This document shows, piece after piece, positions 36,081 to 46,663 of a DNA stretch of 64,000 nucleotides. The number at the start of each line of letters is the position of its first letter. Within the stretch, counting starts at the first letter, position 1. Source of the stretch: a virus. Taxonomy: Duplodnaviria > Caudoviricetes. Below the pieces are notes generated by a model. It was not told the DNA's origin, did no database searches, and saw only the letters and a list, made by a program, of their open reading frames with translations. Location of the stretch: IMG/VR virus record IMGVR_UViG_3300046787_000508, positions 96,001-160,000 of that record. One strand, 5' to 3'. The translations under genes were made by a program, and so were the position numbers.

Positions 36081-37247
36081 TTATTTTATTTTACTCATCA
36101 AATCCTTCATTCTCTTGAATTGTGGGTTTTCGTAAGCTTTCGCTTCAGATAGAACCTCAGTTGAAGATGTTGTTGGAGTTGAAATTAACTTTTCTACTAC
36201 TGACTCAGTCATTGGTTTTTTAGTGTCTAATTCAGCTTTAATAGAAGAGTAAAGATTTTTTGATTCTGTAATTGTGGAAATTGTATCAAATCTCTTTAAA
36301 ATGTTCAATTTCTCTTGTTTTGTTGTTGAATGTTCAGTGAACAATCTTGTAGCGTACGCTAAGTTAGCGTTGAAAACTGCAACTTCATTAAGTTTGTCTT
36401 TGAAAAGAAGTAAAGCTTTTTTGTATTCAGAATTTTGTTTCTTCAACTTTTCAACTTCTTCATTCATTTCGTGACGACCAGCTTTGAATTTTTTACCTTG
36501 TGTGGCAGGCTTTCTCGCATCGTTTGCAAATGTTCTTGCCGCTTCAGTCGCTTCAACTTCTTCAGTTTCAGATTCCTCTTCTTCAGAAACTTCCAATTCA
36601 GGAGCTTCAAAATCTTCACCCTCTGCAACTTCTTGGTCTAACGCGATTTCTTCTTCGTCAAGTGTGATTTCGTAGACAGTTTCCTCATCTTCGTTAATAC
36701 CGTCCATTGAAAACTCTTCTTCATCTTCATCTTCCATAGAAAAATCAGTTTCTTCTTCGTCCTCAACCTCTTGGTCTAACTTAATGATGTACTCATCTGA
36801 TTCATCTGAGAATGAAATAGTATCGCCATCTTTTTTAACTACGATACCATCTTCAGGTTTCATCGCTTTGAACACTTTCAAAACTTCTTCGTCAGATGCA
36901 CTTGTCATATCAAGTACGTCTTCCTCGTCGTCTGCAGGTTCGTCTGCCATTTCTTCTTCAGAATCTTCGTCGTCTAATGATGGTTCACCTTCTTCATCTT
37001 CTGAATCAGTGTCATCTGCGGTTTCGTCGCTTATCGAAGTTTCTTCATCACCAGGTTCATCACCGGTTACATCTTGTGCTTCTTCATCAGGAACATTTAA
37101 TTCCTCGTCTTCTGCTTGTTCTTTAAGCAAATCATTTAGTTCTTGCTTCATTACTGAAGAAAGTATACCTTTTGCATTTTGCTTTACGGCTTCTTCAAGT
37201 GTATTAACTTGAAGTAACGCTTGTTCTAAAATGGATTTTTGACTCAT
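36081..37247 (-). CDS. Prohead core scaffolding protein (gp22-like)
   Basis: Very acidic centre and coiled-coil C-terminus; lies between the protease and MCP genes. Confidence 0.85.
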   Translation of the reverse strand: MSQKSILEQALLQVNTLEEAVKQNAKGILSSVMKQELNDLLKEQAEDEELNVPDEEAQDVTGDEPGDEETSISDETADDTDSEDEEGEPSLDDEDSEEEMADEPADDEEDVLDMTSASDEEVLKVFKAMKPEDGIVVKKDGDTISFSDESDEYIIKLDQEVEDEEETDFSMEDEDEEEFSMDGINEDEETVYEITLDEEEIALDQEVAEGEDFEAPELEVSEEEESETEEVEATEAARTFANDARKPATQGKKFKAGRHEMNEEVEKLKKQNSEYKKALLLFKDKLNEVAVFNANLAYATRLFTEHSTTKQEKLNILKRFDTISTITESKNLYSSIKAELDTKKPMTESVVEKLISTPTTSSTEVLSEAKAYENPQFKRMKDLMSKIK

Positions 37248-37331
37248 TCTAATTATTTGTTTTGTTATCTTATAAATATAACGGTTTTATGAAAAATTTT
37301 GTTTTTCGTATCGATATCCTAATAAATATTG

Positions 37332-38015
37332 TTATTTCGACAAAAAACTATCAAGTTTCCCCATCAGTGATTTCATTTTGTCCATTTCTTGAGGTTGTTC
37401 AGCGATAGATTCTTGGAATTTATCTCTGTCACCTAAGTCTTGGAATACATATGCTCCAGGTGTAGATGGAGACGACACTAAATCAAAACAAACCAATTCA
37501 AAATCTTCTTGAACAATGTTTTGACCTTTAATGTTTTTTAAAGAACCCACACCACGTGATGATATACCCAAAGTTGCCCCGTTCATAATTAACATTGCCG
37601 CTTGGTCACCTTTAGTAGAAACAATACCCATCTTCTTCCAACCTGGGGAAGTGAATAGTTTAATTTTACCCATTAGGATTTTACCGTCCCACCAAGTTTC
37701 CAAAATAGAATGAGAAACCCTATCTAAATCAATTAGAGAAGATGAAGGGTGATTTAACTCATTTAGAGCCCCACCTTTTTGAATAAGTGTTTGGTATTTT
37801 TCGTTCTCTCTTTTTAAAAGAACCTCGGGATAGATTCTCCCGTTTTTATTTGGTGTGTCGTATTTTTGTAAAACAGCATAAAGGATAAGGTCTTGTGAAA
37901 AGTCCATATCCTTCATTTCTGCTATAATCTTCTTATTGTCGTCGGGAGAGACGTGTCCTGCGTCGTATTCGATTAGTATACCTTTTCCCGTCTCGTTTGC
38001 TCCTAGTACCTTCAT
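37332..38015 (-). CDS. Prohead protease (gp21-like)
   Basis: N.NGRIYP, ELNHP, VSH.I, LGISSRG.GS, FD.V..PSTPGA. Confidence 0.95.
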   Translation of the reverse strand: MKVLGANETGKGILIEYDAGHVSPDDNKKIIAEMKDMDFSQDLILYAVLQKYDTPNKNGRIYPEVLLKRENEKYQTLIQKGGALNELNHPSSSLIDLDRVSHSILETWWDGKILMGKIKLFTSPGWKKMGIVSTKGDQAAMLIMNGATLGISSRGVGSLKNIKGQNIVQEDFELVCFDLVSSPSTPGAYVFQDLGDRDKFQESIAEQPQEMDKMKSLMGKLDSFLSK

Positions 38016-38053
38016 TTATAGTTTTTATACTATAAATACATCAATATCGAGAC

Positions 38054-38479
38054 TTAATCTTTGTTTTTGAAAAAATTAAATATATTTCTATCATTTAAAT
38101 CATTATTAATGATAGTATCACTTATTTCTTTCATAAGGTTTTTTATGTCTTTTGACTTAATATCAAAAGATTTTTGAACATAAAATGTTATCTCTAAATT
38201 CATAAACGATTTCTTATCTAATTTTATGCCTTTCGTTCTAACATCTAAATCTACAATACTTTCCCTTTTAAAGTGGTCGTTATTTAAATCGTAGATTCTC
38301 GATTTTATTGTTCTTCTTGTTTTTGAGATTACATATTCGTAATCTGTTGTGTCATTATTTGGTAATAACCATGAATTAAGTTTAAGGTAAATTGTTTTTA
38401 AATTTTTATAATCAACTGTACCGTATCCTATTTTAACATTCTGATGGAATCCCAAGGGTATAAATTTCCCTGTTTTCAT
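38054..38479 (-). CDS. Hypothetical protein (141 aa)
   Basis: Clean ORF within the head module. Confidence 0.6.
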   Translation of the reverse strand: MKTGKFIPLGFHQNVKIGYGTVDYKNLKTIYLKLNSWLLPNNDTTDYEYVISKTRRTIKSRIYDLNNDHFKRESIVDLDVRTKGIKLDKKSFMNLEITFYVQKSFDIKSKDIKNLMKEISDTIINNDLNDRNIFNFFKNKD

Positions 38480-38573
38480 TAATTTGGTTCATATTTATTT
38501 CTTTATGGTGATATTAAAATATAGTTAAAATATTCAATAAAACCAAAAATATTTATAAATAAACAATAATATA

Positions 38574-38765
38574 ATGATAATAGTAAAACTTAGTAACGAA
38601 AAAAACTTAGAAACTGCATTAAAGACCTATAAGAATAAGGTCAATAAAACTAAACAAATTCAGAAATTAAGAGAAAGACAGGAATTTGTTAAACCTTCTG
38701 TTATTAGAAGAAAAGAAATTTTAAAAGCAGTGTACGTTGAACAAACAAAAAATGGTCTTAATTAA
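38574..38765 (+). CDS. rpsU: Ribosomal protein bS21 (Bacteroidota-type)
   Basis: MIIV.....NLETALKTYKNK..KT..I.KLRERQEFVKPSV.RR.EI.KA.Y; opposite strand to the head genes; ATATTTAT at 38549-38556. Confidence 0.9.
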   Translation: MIIVKLSNEKNLETALKTYKNKVNKTKQIQKLRERQEFVKPSVIRRKEILKAVYVEQTKNGLN

Positions 38766-39495
38766 GACCATTTTTTAATTCATTTAATCTGTGTAGATTA
38801 TATCTCGAAGGTGACATTTGTTTGACCTCTTCTTTCACAGAATTTAATTTTCTTGATAAATCAGTATCGTTAGATTCATTTAATAATGTTGATACTGAAT
38901 TTAGAATACTTTCTTTTAAATCGGTAGTTTTTGATTCAACCTCTTCATTAGATAAAGAAAGAATATTTTTTAATTCCTCCTTTTGTTCCTCAGTTAATGA
39001 ACTATTATATAGTACATTGAAATTGTTAGCTAAAACGGCGTGTAATAAGTTTTCATTGGATGTGTATGTAGTGTCTTCTACAACGACTGGTTCTCTCTTG
39101 GATGTTAAGTGTTCCATTAGTCTATTCTTAGCATCTACCTTAGTTTCAACGTTTGATAGTGTATCCATTTCACATAAGTGGTCTAAAGCTGAATATACTT
39201 CATTTTCGTTGATGTCGGTGACATTAAGTTTTTTATCTAAAGTCTCACAAAATTCACGTAATGAAGACATGTGGTTTTTTAAAATTGAACCAAGTCCGTC
39301 AACATATTGTTTTGCGTTTTCTTTATTGTCGAAATATTTTGTTTCGATGCTTTCATAAAACAAATACATTTCTTTGAAATCTTTGTTTTCTTTAATTGTA
39401 TTTAAAATGTCTTTCATCTCAGCCTTATTCTGGTTGGTATAGGCTTCTGTTAATTTACTTAACATTTTAGTTTTTAGTGTTCCGAACTTAGTCAT
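38758..39495 (-). CDS. Hypothetical helical protein in head module (245 aa)
   Basis: Directly downstream of the portal gene. Confidence 0.65.
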   Translation of the reverse strand: MTKFGTLKTKMLSKLTEAYTNQNKAEMKDILNTIKENKDFKEMYLFYESIETKYFDNKENAKQYVDGLGSILKNHMSSLREFCETLDKKLNVTDINENEVYSALDHLCEMDTLSNVETKVDAKNRLMEHLTSKREPVVVEDTTYTSNENLLHAVLANNFNVLYNSSLTEEQKEELKNILSLSNEEVESKTTDLKESILNSVSTLLNESNDTDLSRKLNSVKEEVKQMSPSRYNLHRLNELKNGLN

Positions 39496-39497
39496 TT

Positions 39498-41327
39498 TTA
39501 ATCGTTTAAGATGTCTTTTAATTTATTCTCTATTTCATAAATATTCTGTTGTGCCTTATTAACGTCAAATAAATCCGCTATTTCGTCACCTTCACCCAAC
39601 ATTCCCAATATTTTATTCTTTCTACCTTCACTTAAGGGTGCTGTTCCACCTTCCATCGGTGGTGCTGAATCCATTGGTGGGGTTGACATGTCACCACCTA
39701 ATCCGGCATCTCCACCTGCTGCTGCATCTGTTCCACCCGATGATTCTAATTTAGTTCTTTCTTCTTCAGGGATACCATATTTCTTATCAACCTCATCAAA
39801 TATACCTGAACGTTTAATGATTGTGTTGGTTACCATTAACTCAGCACCTAACGCTCTCTCAAGACGTTGTTGTTGTAAATCAAGAATAACATCATTATCA
39901 CTTAAACCAAGGATATTTTTCTTGGCCCAAGTATGTGAAACAGGCAATATACCCATTTGTGATTGGTCAGATGTTGCGTCCTTATATAAAGTAATTTTTT
40001 CTTTCCATTGCTCAATACGTAATAAATCTGATTGTGCAGATGGATTAGTTAAAGACAATGTGAAATTATGTAACTCATCCTCTAACCCTAAAAGATAAAG
40101 GTGAACTAAAGCAATTTTATTTAATTCTTGAATTAATGATTTTTGTATTCTATTAATTGTTCTCGCAAAACGAATATCCATTAATGCCAAATTCTTACCA
40201 TCACCAACAACTTCTTCAAAACCTAAGAATGCCTTAGGAATACGAAGTGCTGCTAATAATTTCTTTTGGATGTACTCGATATCGGCAATCTCACCTAAGT
40301 TCTGAGCTCCCGGTAATGTTTCAATAGGATTGGTTTGAGACGGGTCACGAACAGGGATAAAATAATCTTGGTCAACAGCCATTTGATTATATCTCATATC
40401 AACCTGACCATTTTTCTGGTCCACAACTTGGTCTCTTTTAAATTTATTCGCCACACGTTGTACATAAGGTTCAATGTCCTTATCGTCCATGTTACCAACG
40501 AACACTTTGAATACACGTCTTTCAGGTGCTCTCGAAGTTCTATAAATTAACATAGCATCTTCAGCAAGTAAAAGTTGTTTCCAAATTCTTCTGATTTTAT
40601 CTAACATAGAAGTACCGTAAGGTAATTTTCTATCGTCACCCAATAATCTAAAGTGGGCAATCTCCCAAGCTTGAAATTCTAAATCTTTATTTTTCCAAGC
40701 AAATCTCAATTCTCTTGATGGAAGTTTAGTGTTTGTGTTAAAACCTGTTTGGTTTGGAACTTTTTGTACCGCACCTTCGATTCTTTCAACCTCAATGTTA
40801 GGTAATTGTTGACAACCAATAACACCCTTATCAGGGTCCACTTTTAAATAAACAAAATCATCACCATACTTACACATACCTCTAGCCCACATTTGTAGGT
40901 TAGTGTTAATGTCTAATGTATTTTCAAATAAATCAGTTAATATGTTTTGAATTCTTTTAGATTCAGAATAAATGGTTAATATCTCACCTTTTTCTGACAT
41001 TGTTGTTGACTCTTCTGCGTAAATGTCCAATGATGCCGAAACTTCAGGTGTAAATTCCATTGATTCGTAATCATAATATGCTGACAATCTATTTGGTTCG
41101 TAATAAACCGATTGATTATATAACGACTGGTCAATCTTCGCCCATTTATCTGCAACGTATTGACTTTGTTGTGCCTGTAATAACGCATTTTCAAAATCCT
41201 CCTTACTGTCAGTCTTTAGTAACTCATCTTTAGAAAATTGAAAAGATGGTGGAGCTTCAACATTAGGTCCTTGAAAACCAAATGTTTTAGTTAATTTTTG
41301 AAATATCGTTAGATTTTGTTTTTCCAT
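39498..41327 (-). CDS. Portal protein, T4 gp20-like
   Basis: YYDYESME..PE+.A.LDIYAEE, LPYG.S.L, EDAMLIYR.SRAPERR+F, DYFIP.R, TLPG.QNLGEI.DI.Y. Confidence 0.97.
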   Translation of the reverse strand: MEKQNLTIFQKLTKTFGFQGPNVEAPPSFQFSKDELLKTDSKEDFENALLQAQQSQYVADKWAKIDQSLYNQSVYYEPNRLSAYYDYESMEFTPEVSASLDIYAEESTTMSEKGEILTIYSESKRIQNILTDLFENTLDINTNLQMWARGMCKYGDDFVYLKVDPDKGVIGCQQLPNIEVERIEGAVQKVPNQTGFNTNTKLPSRELRFAWKNKDLEFQAWEIAHFRLLGDDRKLPYGTSMLDKIRRIWKQLLLAEDAMLIYRTSRAPERRVFKVFVGNMDDKDIEPYVQRVANKFKRDQVVDQKNGQVDMRYNQMAVDQDYFIPVRDPSQTNPIETLPGAQNLGEIADIEYIQKKLLAALRIPKAFLGFEEVVGDGKNLALMDIRFARTINRIQKSLIQELNKIALVHLYLLGLEDELHNFTLSLTNPSAQSDLLRIEQWKEKITLYKDATSDQSQMGILPVSHTWAKKNILGLSDNDVILDLQQQRLERALGAELMVTNTIIKRSGIFDEVDKKYGIPEEERTKLESSGGTDAAAGGDAGLGGDMSTPPMDSAPPMEGGTAPLSEGRKNKILGMLGEGDEIADLFDVNKAQQNIYEIENKLKDILND

Positions 41328-41381
41328 ATCTATAAATACTAATTATAATAATCTAAGTCTTTTTTTTGTAATAATCAATAG

Positions 41382-43151
41382 TTACCTTGGTTTCCCAAAT
41401 AACCACGAAAATTCTTTATAACTATCTTTAGGTATATTCGTTGGATTACCCTCACTAAAGAGACTATTATCCATTGACATTGAACCTATTGGGTCGAATG
41501 ATGTCCCGTACGAATAGAATGTTTTACTCGCCTCATACGTTCTCTCTGACATAGTCCAAGACTCTAACATTGCTTTGTTTGCGTTTTCATTTCTCTCCAA
41601 TTGATTAAAACACATATCGCCGGCATATAATGCCATTGACATACTCATAATCGCATCATCATGTTGACCTTTCATGTGGTCAGGTCTACCGTTAAGATAA
41701 ACAAACGTATTAAGTTCACTTAATAATCTACTTGACCTAACAATAAAACCTTTTCTTAATTGTTCTTCAAACGCAGCAACGATTTGTGTTCTTTTATTGT
41801 TGAAATTTAACCCGGGTATTTTTTCAGTTGCTTTCTTGTTATATTCCCAAATATTTTGTGTGTTTATACCGTCAATATAAAGGTTTTTATAATTCATTTC
41901 CTGTAACTTTCTTGAGGTGGCAACTCCCATACCGCCTGTAATATCGATAACAATAAACGCCTCATATAATATCCCCCACTTATATGCAACCGCAGCTAAG
42001 TCATCCGGAGGTATTTTACCAATATATTCGGCAACTTGTTCCCTATCATCAAAATCCACAATATTAATTGACGAGAAGTCTTCACTATCTCCTCTACTAA
42101 CGTCGACTCCCATAATGTAACGATGACCGGCAATTGGTTCCTTCCAATGCCAAAATGTACCCTGCATGTATTTTTCTTTAGGTACACGTATCATATTCTT
42201 AGCGATGTTCTCTTGTGTCTCTCCAGGTATAACGGAATCCCCTGAACCTAAAAAGTCACATTCCAACTCCTGAGAAATCATACGTCTATCGTATTTAAAT
42301 TTCTTAGACATGGATTCAAACCACGATGAAAGAGGTTTATATCCCTCATCCAAATAGTCGTTATATTTTTCCATATCAAAATCGGTCATTACAATGTCAT
42401 CATCATTGTATTGTTCCCTATTTAACATGTAATGTACAATATCGTTACATTTTACCCATCTTAAATCTTTTGTGTAACGTGGGTCTTTAAACCATCTTAA
42501 ATCCGTAATGTGGAAATCGTTAACACCTCTAATTGCTTGGTCGTATACCCCATAATAAATTGGGTCATATCCATTGGGTGTTGAGATAAGAATAATCTTA
42601 CCACCCGTAGATAACGATGCCATAGACGCAGCCCAAAAGTCTTCACCTGCATCAATGTACGCAGCCTCGTCAAATACAAGTATGGTCGGTGTAAAACCAC
42701 GTAACGCATCGGGAGATGTTGCAACGGCTTTAACCTCACATCCATTATTTAATCTAAATCGACTTTCAGAGTTTTTATCAGGTGAGAAACCAACATTAAT
42801 CCATTCTGGCCACTGCTCCAAGAAATTTCTAACTTTGTTAGCCATTTCAATTGCGGTGTCACGTTTGTTGGCAATAATAAGAACCCTCTCAGGTTCAGTC
42901 TTCTTTGCTGTTTGTAGTTTTTTTGAAATCCAAGCTGCGGTTACGGTTGATACCCCCGCCTGTCTATATTTTCTTGTAATGTTCTCATTATACTTCTCAT
43001 AATCCTGAATCAATTGTTCTTGGTCAGGGAAAAGTTTTAATGGTACATATTTTTTTTGAGTATTATCGTAAGTTGTGAGGTATGTTCTTAAGGCATACGG
43101 TGCGTCTTTTATAATTCTTGCATATTCATGTAGTTGTTCTAATCTACTCAT
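41382..43151 (-). CDS. Terminase large subunit, gp17-like
   Basis: KYRQAGVST, LRGFTP..LVFDEAA, IST.NG, QELECDF, MGVDVSRG.SEDFS, HDDA+M. Confidence 0.96.
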   Translation of the reverse strand: MSRLEQLHEYARIIKDAPYALRTYLTTYDNTQKKYVPLKLFPDQEQLIQDYEKYNENITRKYRQAGVSTVTAAWISKKLQTAKKTEPERVLIIANKRDTAIEMANKVRNFLEQWPEWINVGFSPDKNSESRFRLNNGCEVKAVATSPDALRGFTPTILVFDEAAYIDAGEDFWAASMASLSTGGKIILISTPNGYDPIYYGVYDQAIRGVNDFHITDLRWFKDPRYTKDLRWVKCNDIVHYMLNREQYNDDDIVMTDFDMEKYNDYLDEGYKPLSSWFESMSKKFKYDRRMISQELECDFLGSGDSVIPGETQENIAKNMIRVPKEKYMQGTFWHWKEPIAGHRYIMGVDVSRGDSEDFSSINIVDFDDREQVAEYIGKIPPDDLAAVAYKWGILYEAFIVIDITGGMGVATSRKLQEMNYKNLYIDGINTQNIWEYNKKATEKIPGLNFNNKRTQIVAAFEEQLRKGFIVRSSRLLSELNTFVYLNGRPDHMKGQHDDAIMSMSMALYAGDMCFNQLERNENANKAMLESWTMSERTYEASKTFYSYGTSFDPIGSMSMDNSLFSEGNPTNIPKDSYKEFSWLFGKPR

Positions 43152-43163
43152 ACTAATAAATAT

Positions 43164-43192
43164 AAAAACTAAAGGTCTCTATTCGAGACCTT
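43164..43192 (-). terminator. Probable intrinsic terminator after the 430-aa gene
   Basis: AAGGTCTC-GAATA-GAGACCTT followed by TAGTTTTT on the minus strand. Confidence 0.55.
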
Positions 43193-43196
43193 CATT

Positions 43197-44489
43197 TTAT
43201 TTTGGTAAACTAATTCCCATCTGTGATAGGAAATCAGTTAAGTCATCGTCTTTATGTTCTTCCATAAATTCATCCATTAGTCGTTTGAATTCTGAATCGG
43301 AAGTTGTAACGGTTTCATTATCTACCTTTCTGGTTAAATCGTAATAGATTGCACCTATTAATGTTTTACCCATATCGGTACCACCCATGATTTCTTTAAA
43401 TAATAATAAGAATTCTTTAACAGGTAGATTTACAATGTTTACATAAATGTAATATTGTATTTTTTTCTTTTCTTCGTCAGTAACAATTGCGTCAGGATAC
43501 AAATTGGTTAATCTTTTCCAAATTGCTCTACCTAATCTAATGTCCCATATTTCGTGTTGAACTTGGTCTTCTAAATCTTTAGCTTTCTCATAATTCTCAG
43601 GATTTTCAGGTTTTCTTTCTTTACCTAAAAATTCCATAACACCTTTAATTGCTTCATGAATTAAAAATGGAAAAATCATTGCCTCGGCATGTATTGTTGG
43701 TGGATTTGTTGACGTATCAATTCTTGTTTTACCTGATGCCCCACCTTCACCACTACCAGCAGCTGATAACATTTCATTAGGGAACTGCCAATAACCTAAC
43801 ATCATTGTTGATACAAAAATAGCATACTTTTCAGTAATTCCTTGTACTCCCATGATGTTTTCCAATTCACCAACAACTTTCTCGAAAAGATATGAACCGT
43901 CAACAGCATGACCTTGTGTCATTGCATTTACAATTCTTCTCTTTGCTCTTTCAGGGTTCAATTCATTGACATCATCTGCCAATTCCTCTTCCTTCTGTTG
44001 TAATTGTTGTTTGGTTTGGGTGTTATTTAATTTTATAGATTGTTTAACTAATTTAAAGTCAAATTGAATTCTATTTTCAGGAATTTTAAAATAATCTCTA
44101 ATTAAAGTTTCACAAAGTTGTTCTAATTCAGATTCATGAGTTGTTTCGGCTCTCATTACCTCACCTAATATTCTTCCTGCTTGGTTTGATAATTGAGCAT
44201 ATTGACCATTAATACCTGTACCAATGTTACGAACACCCGTGTATTCAGCTAACTTATCTAACGCATGTTTATATTCTTCAGACGCCAATAACTCTTCGTA
44301 ATTTTCGTGTTCTTCAGGTGCGTTTGGAAAATCAACTTTATCAAACGGGGTTTCTCTATTTGATAAATCAGATTGTACATCGGGACTTGGTCTACTATCA
44401 TCACTAAATGACATAGCCTCTTTTTGTTCTCCTTTTTGACCTAAAATTAGAGGTTTAACCTCCTTATTTGTTGATTTTTGTTTTGCCAT
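43197..44489 (-). CDS. Hypothetical protein (430 aa)
   Basis: Clean long ORF upstream of the terminase gene; no motif recognised. Confidence 0.7.
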   Translation of the reverse strand: MAKQKSTNKEVKPLILGQKGEQKEAMSFSDDSRPSPDVQSDLSNRETPFDKVDFPNAPEEHENYEELLASEEYKHALDKLAEYTGVRNIGTGINGQYAQLSNQAGRILGEVMRAETTHESELEQLCETLIRDYFKIPENRIQFDFKLVKQSIKLNNTQTKQQLQQKEEELADDVNELNPERAKRRIVNAMTQGHAVDGSYLFEKVVGELENIMGVQGITEKYAIFVSTMMLGYWQFPNEMLSAAGSGEGGASGKTRIDTSTNPPTIHAEAMIFPFLIHEAIKGVMEFLGKERKPENPENYEKAKDLEDQVQHEIWDIRLGRAIWKRLTNLYPDAIVTDEEKKKIQYYIYVNIVNLPVKEFLLLFKEIMGGTDMGKTLIGAIYYDLTRKVDNETVTTSDSEFKRLMDEFMEEHKDDDLTDFLSQMGISLPK

Positions 44490-45106
44490 TAGTTAAATGA
44501 ATTGATAATTTCTTTAAATCTCATAAAGTCTGGTAATTCTGAATCTCCCTTTTCGAATTTAGGGTCAGGGTCAGGACCTTCGTTTGGATTGTCCCATGGG
44601 TCAATGAACGGGTCTTTATCCGGTGATATTGAAGGTTGTTTAATGTCCGGTTCAACGTCGATATCCGGTTCTGCAATTGCGGGTCCTTGTTCGTTTAATT
44701 TTGTGTTAATCATTTCCATAATTTCATTTTTTGATGTAAAACTATGAAAATTTTCGTTAGCTAACAACTTTACCCACTCATTTATTTCTTTTTTTTCTTT
44801 ATTGACTACTTTTTTGTCCTTTTTTAGAAGTTTGAAATCCTCGGCATCAATCTCTCCATTGTGGTTTTTATCTAACTTATCTTGGTCACCTTTTAATTCA
44901 CCCTCATAAGTCTCAATGGTTTTTAAACTTTTTTTCGCAGCTTCAATATCGGCAGCGTAAGTCGGACTTTTTTTAGAGACCATAACTGTTTCTTCAGAAA
45001 GTATTCTCTCTGATAACATGTTTAATTGTTTGTCTGACATATTAACTAATGTACTTTCCGAAAATCCTTCGTTCATTAGTTTTTGTACTATTTCATTTCT
45101 TTTCAT
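44489..45106 (-). CDS. Hypothetical protein with an EF-hand-like loop
   Basis: LDKNHNGEIDAEDF loop; several LxE/IxE sites. Confidence 0.6.
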   Translation of the reverse strand: MKRNEIVQKLMNEGFSESTLVNMSDKQLNMLSERILSEETVMVSKKSPTYAADIEAAKKSLKTIETYEGELKGDQDKLDKNHNGEIDAEDFKLLKKDKKVVNKEKKEINEWVKLLANENFHSFTSKNEIMEMINTKLNEQGPAIAEPDIDVEPDIKQPSISPDKDPFIDPWDNPNEGPDPDPKFEKGDSELPDFMRFKEIINSFN

Positions 45107-45111
45107 GGAAA

Positions 45112-45504
45112 CTATTCTTTAATTTCTTCGTTTATTAATTCCAACCCTTTTATTCTCAATTTCTCGACAACAGTATCAAATTCTTCACCAAAGTGAAAAG
45201 AAACCCTAATAGGTCTCTCCTCAGCGTCTCTGTCAAATTCTTCCCAACCTAATGCAACAATTCCATCAACAGCATCAATCATTCCATGATAATCAGAGTT
45301 TTGTACGAGTTCAAGTTCTAAATCGGAATTTTTTAATAAACCAACTAAATCTATCGACTCAATCTGAGGTGGAACTGCTCTACCTGATGATGGAATTATA
45401 AACCATTCGTCTTCTAATACCTCAATGTCTGTTCCGAAAATGAATTCGTATTGTCTTTGACCTTTATAGTCTCTACCAAGTTCATTGATGTATATTAAAA
45501 ACAT
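45112..45504 (-). CDS. Hypothetical protein (130 aa)
   Basis: Operon-packed ORF. Confidence 0.6.
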   Translation of the reverse strand: MFLIYINELGRDYKGQRQYEFIFGTDIEVLEDEWFIIPSSGRAVPPQIESIDLVGLLKNSDLELELVQNSDYHGMIDAVDGIVALGWEEFDRDAEERPIRVSFHFGEEFDTVVEKLRIKGLELINEEIKE

Positions 45505-45505
45505 A

Positions 45506-46594
45506 TTATTTTATATATTTCCCTAACGCTTCTTTAACACTTTGGTTAATAACATCAGTTAATTCGTTAATGTCTAACTCTTTGATGTCATGTTGTTCAG
45601 GTTGACCCTCAGAATCACCAATTGGGTCTTCTTCGTTAATATCAAAAGTAAAATCAAAATCTCCGAAACCTTCTTCATCATCATGTGAGTTTTCACTATT
45701 TCTGAAGTATTCGTCTTCTTCACCACCCGGAGCTAATTCCATACCGAAATCATCATCTTCGTCAATTTCATCAAATGGGGTATTGATTAAAGCTTCTAAA
45801 GCGTCCATTGACATGTCGTTTTCTTCACCTAAATCAGTGTCTTCCCCTTCAGGTGCAACTTCTTCACCACCCATTTCAGGTTCTTCTCCTTCGTACTCAT
45901 CTTCGTCTTCAAATTGAGTAAGAATTTCTTCTTTATCAATTGAATCCAATTTGTCTAAATTCAAAGCTGAAACCACAGAATTGATAACATACTTAATGTC
46001 GTCACTTTCCATATCTTCCTGAGCTCCTCTTAATTTCTGACCTAACTTACCTGTTAGTTTTTGAATTAATTTAATTGGGTCATTATCTTCAGAATCATCT
46101 TGTGTTGGTTCTTCTTCAGGACCATCAATTGGTTCTTCTGCCGGTAAATCTTCTAAGCCTGCATCTGACATCGGTGCGTCATCCTCTGCAGGTGGTAATG
46201 CCGGCGGCATATCCGCAGGAGGTGCAATTGGAGCTTCAGTCGCTGGTTTGTTTTGTTTTAAAACATATTTTGTAGCTTCCTGTAATTCTTCTTGACCTTT
46301 TAAAAGTTCAAGTCTTTTCAGTGCTTCTGAATATGAAGAAAATCTGTTTTTATTTTTCATGAACATCCCACCAATGTAATCAAGGGAACTTTCGTTCAAA
46401 CCTCTCTTCACATAGTAGCTGTCCTTTTCTTTTACAATTCCGTAAACACCACCAATAGTGGATTCTTTAATAATCTCAGCACGTGGATTAGTCGGAACGT
46501 TTTTATTTTCATTAAAGTACGTGAGTTCAAGGATTCTCTTTAATTTATCCTCGCCTTTTAATTTCTCACTACCGATTGGTTTTAAATCTCCCAT
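45506..46594 (-). CDS. Hypothetical acidic protein (362 aa), probable head-associated
   Basis: Highly D/E-rich C-terminal half; GTATTTAT at 46628-46635. Confidence 0.6.
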   Translation of the reverse strand: MGDLKPIGSEKLKGEDKLKRILELTYFNENKNVPTNPRAEIIKESTIGGVYGIVKEKDSYYVKRGLNESSLDYIGGMFMKNKNRFSSYSEALKRLELLKGQEELQEATKYVLKQNKPATEAPIAPPADMPPALPPAEDDAPMSDAGLEDLPAEEPIDGPEEEPTQDDSEDNDPIKLIQKLTGKLGQKLRGAQEDMESDDIKYVINSVVSALNLDKLDSIDKEEILTQFEDEDEYEGEEPEMGGEEVAPEGEDTDLGEENDMSMDALEALINTPFDEIDEDDDFGMELAPGGEEDEYFRNSENSHDDEEGFGDFDFTFDINEEDPIGDSEGQPEQHDIKELDINELTDVINQSVKEALGKYIK

Positions 46595-46663
46595 TTTTGC
46601 ATTGTTAAATGAAGTTATTCTTATCCTATAAATACATTGATATAAGGAAAAAAATAACTGTAG

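Noticed and set aside
36274-37212. S-rich plus-strand ORFs opposite the scaffold gene, and similar ORFs opposite 51099-52535 and 54141-54743
   Set aside because: They are antisense shadows of acidic or low-complexity coding sequence.
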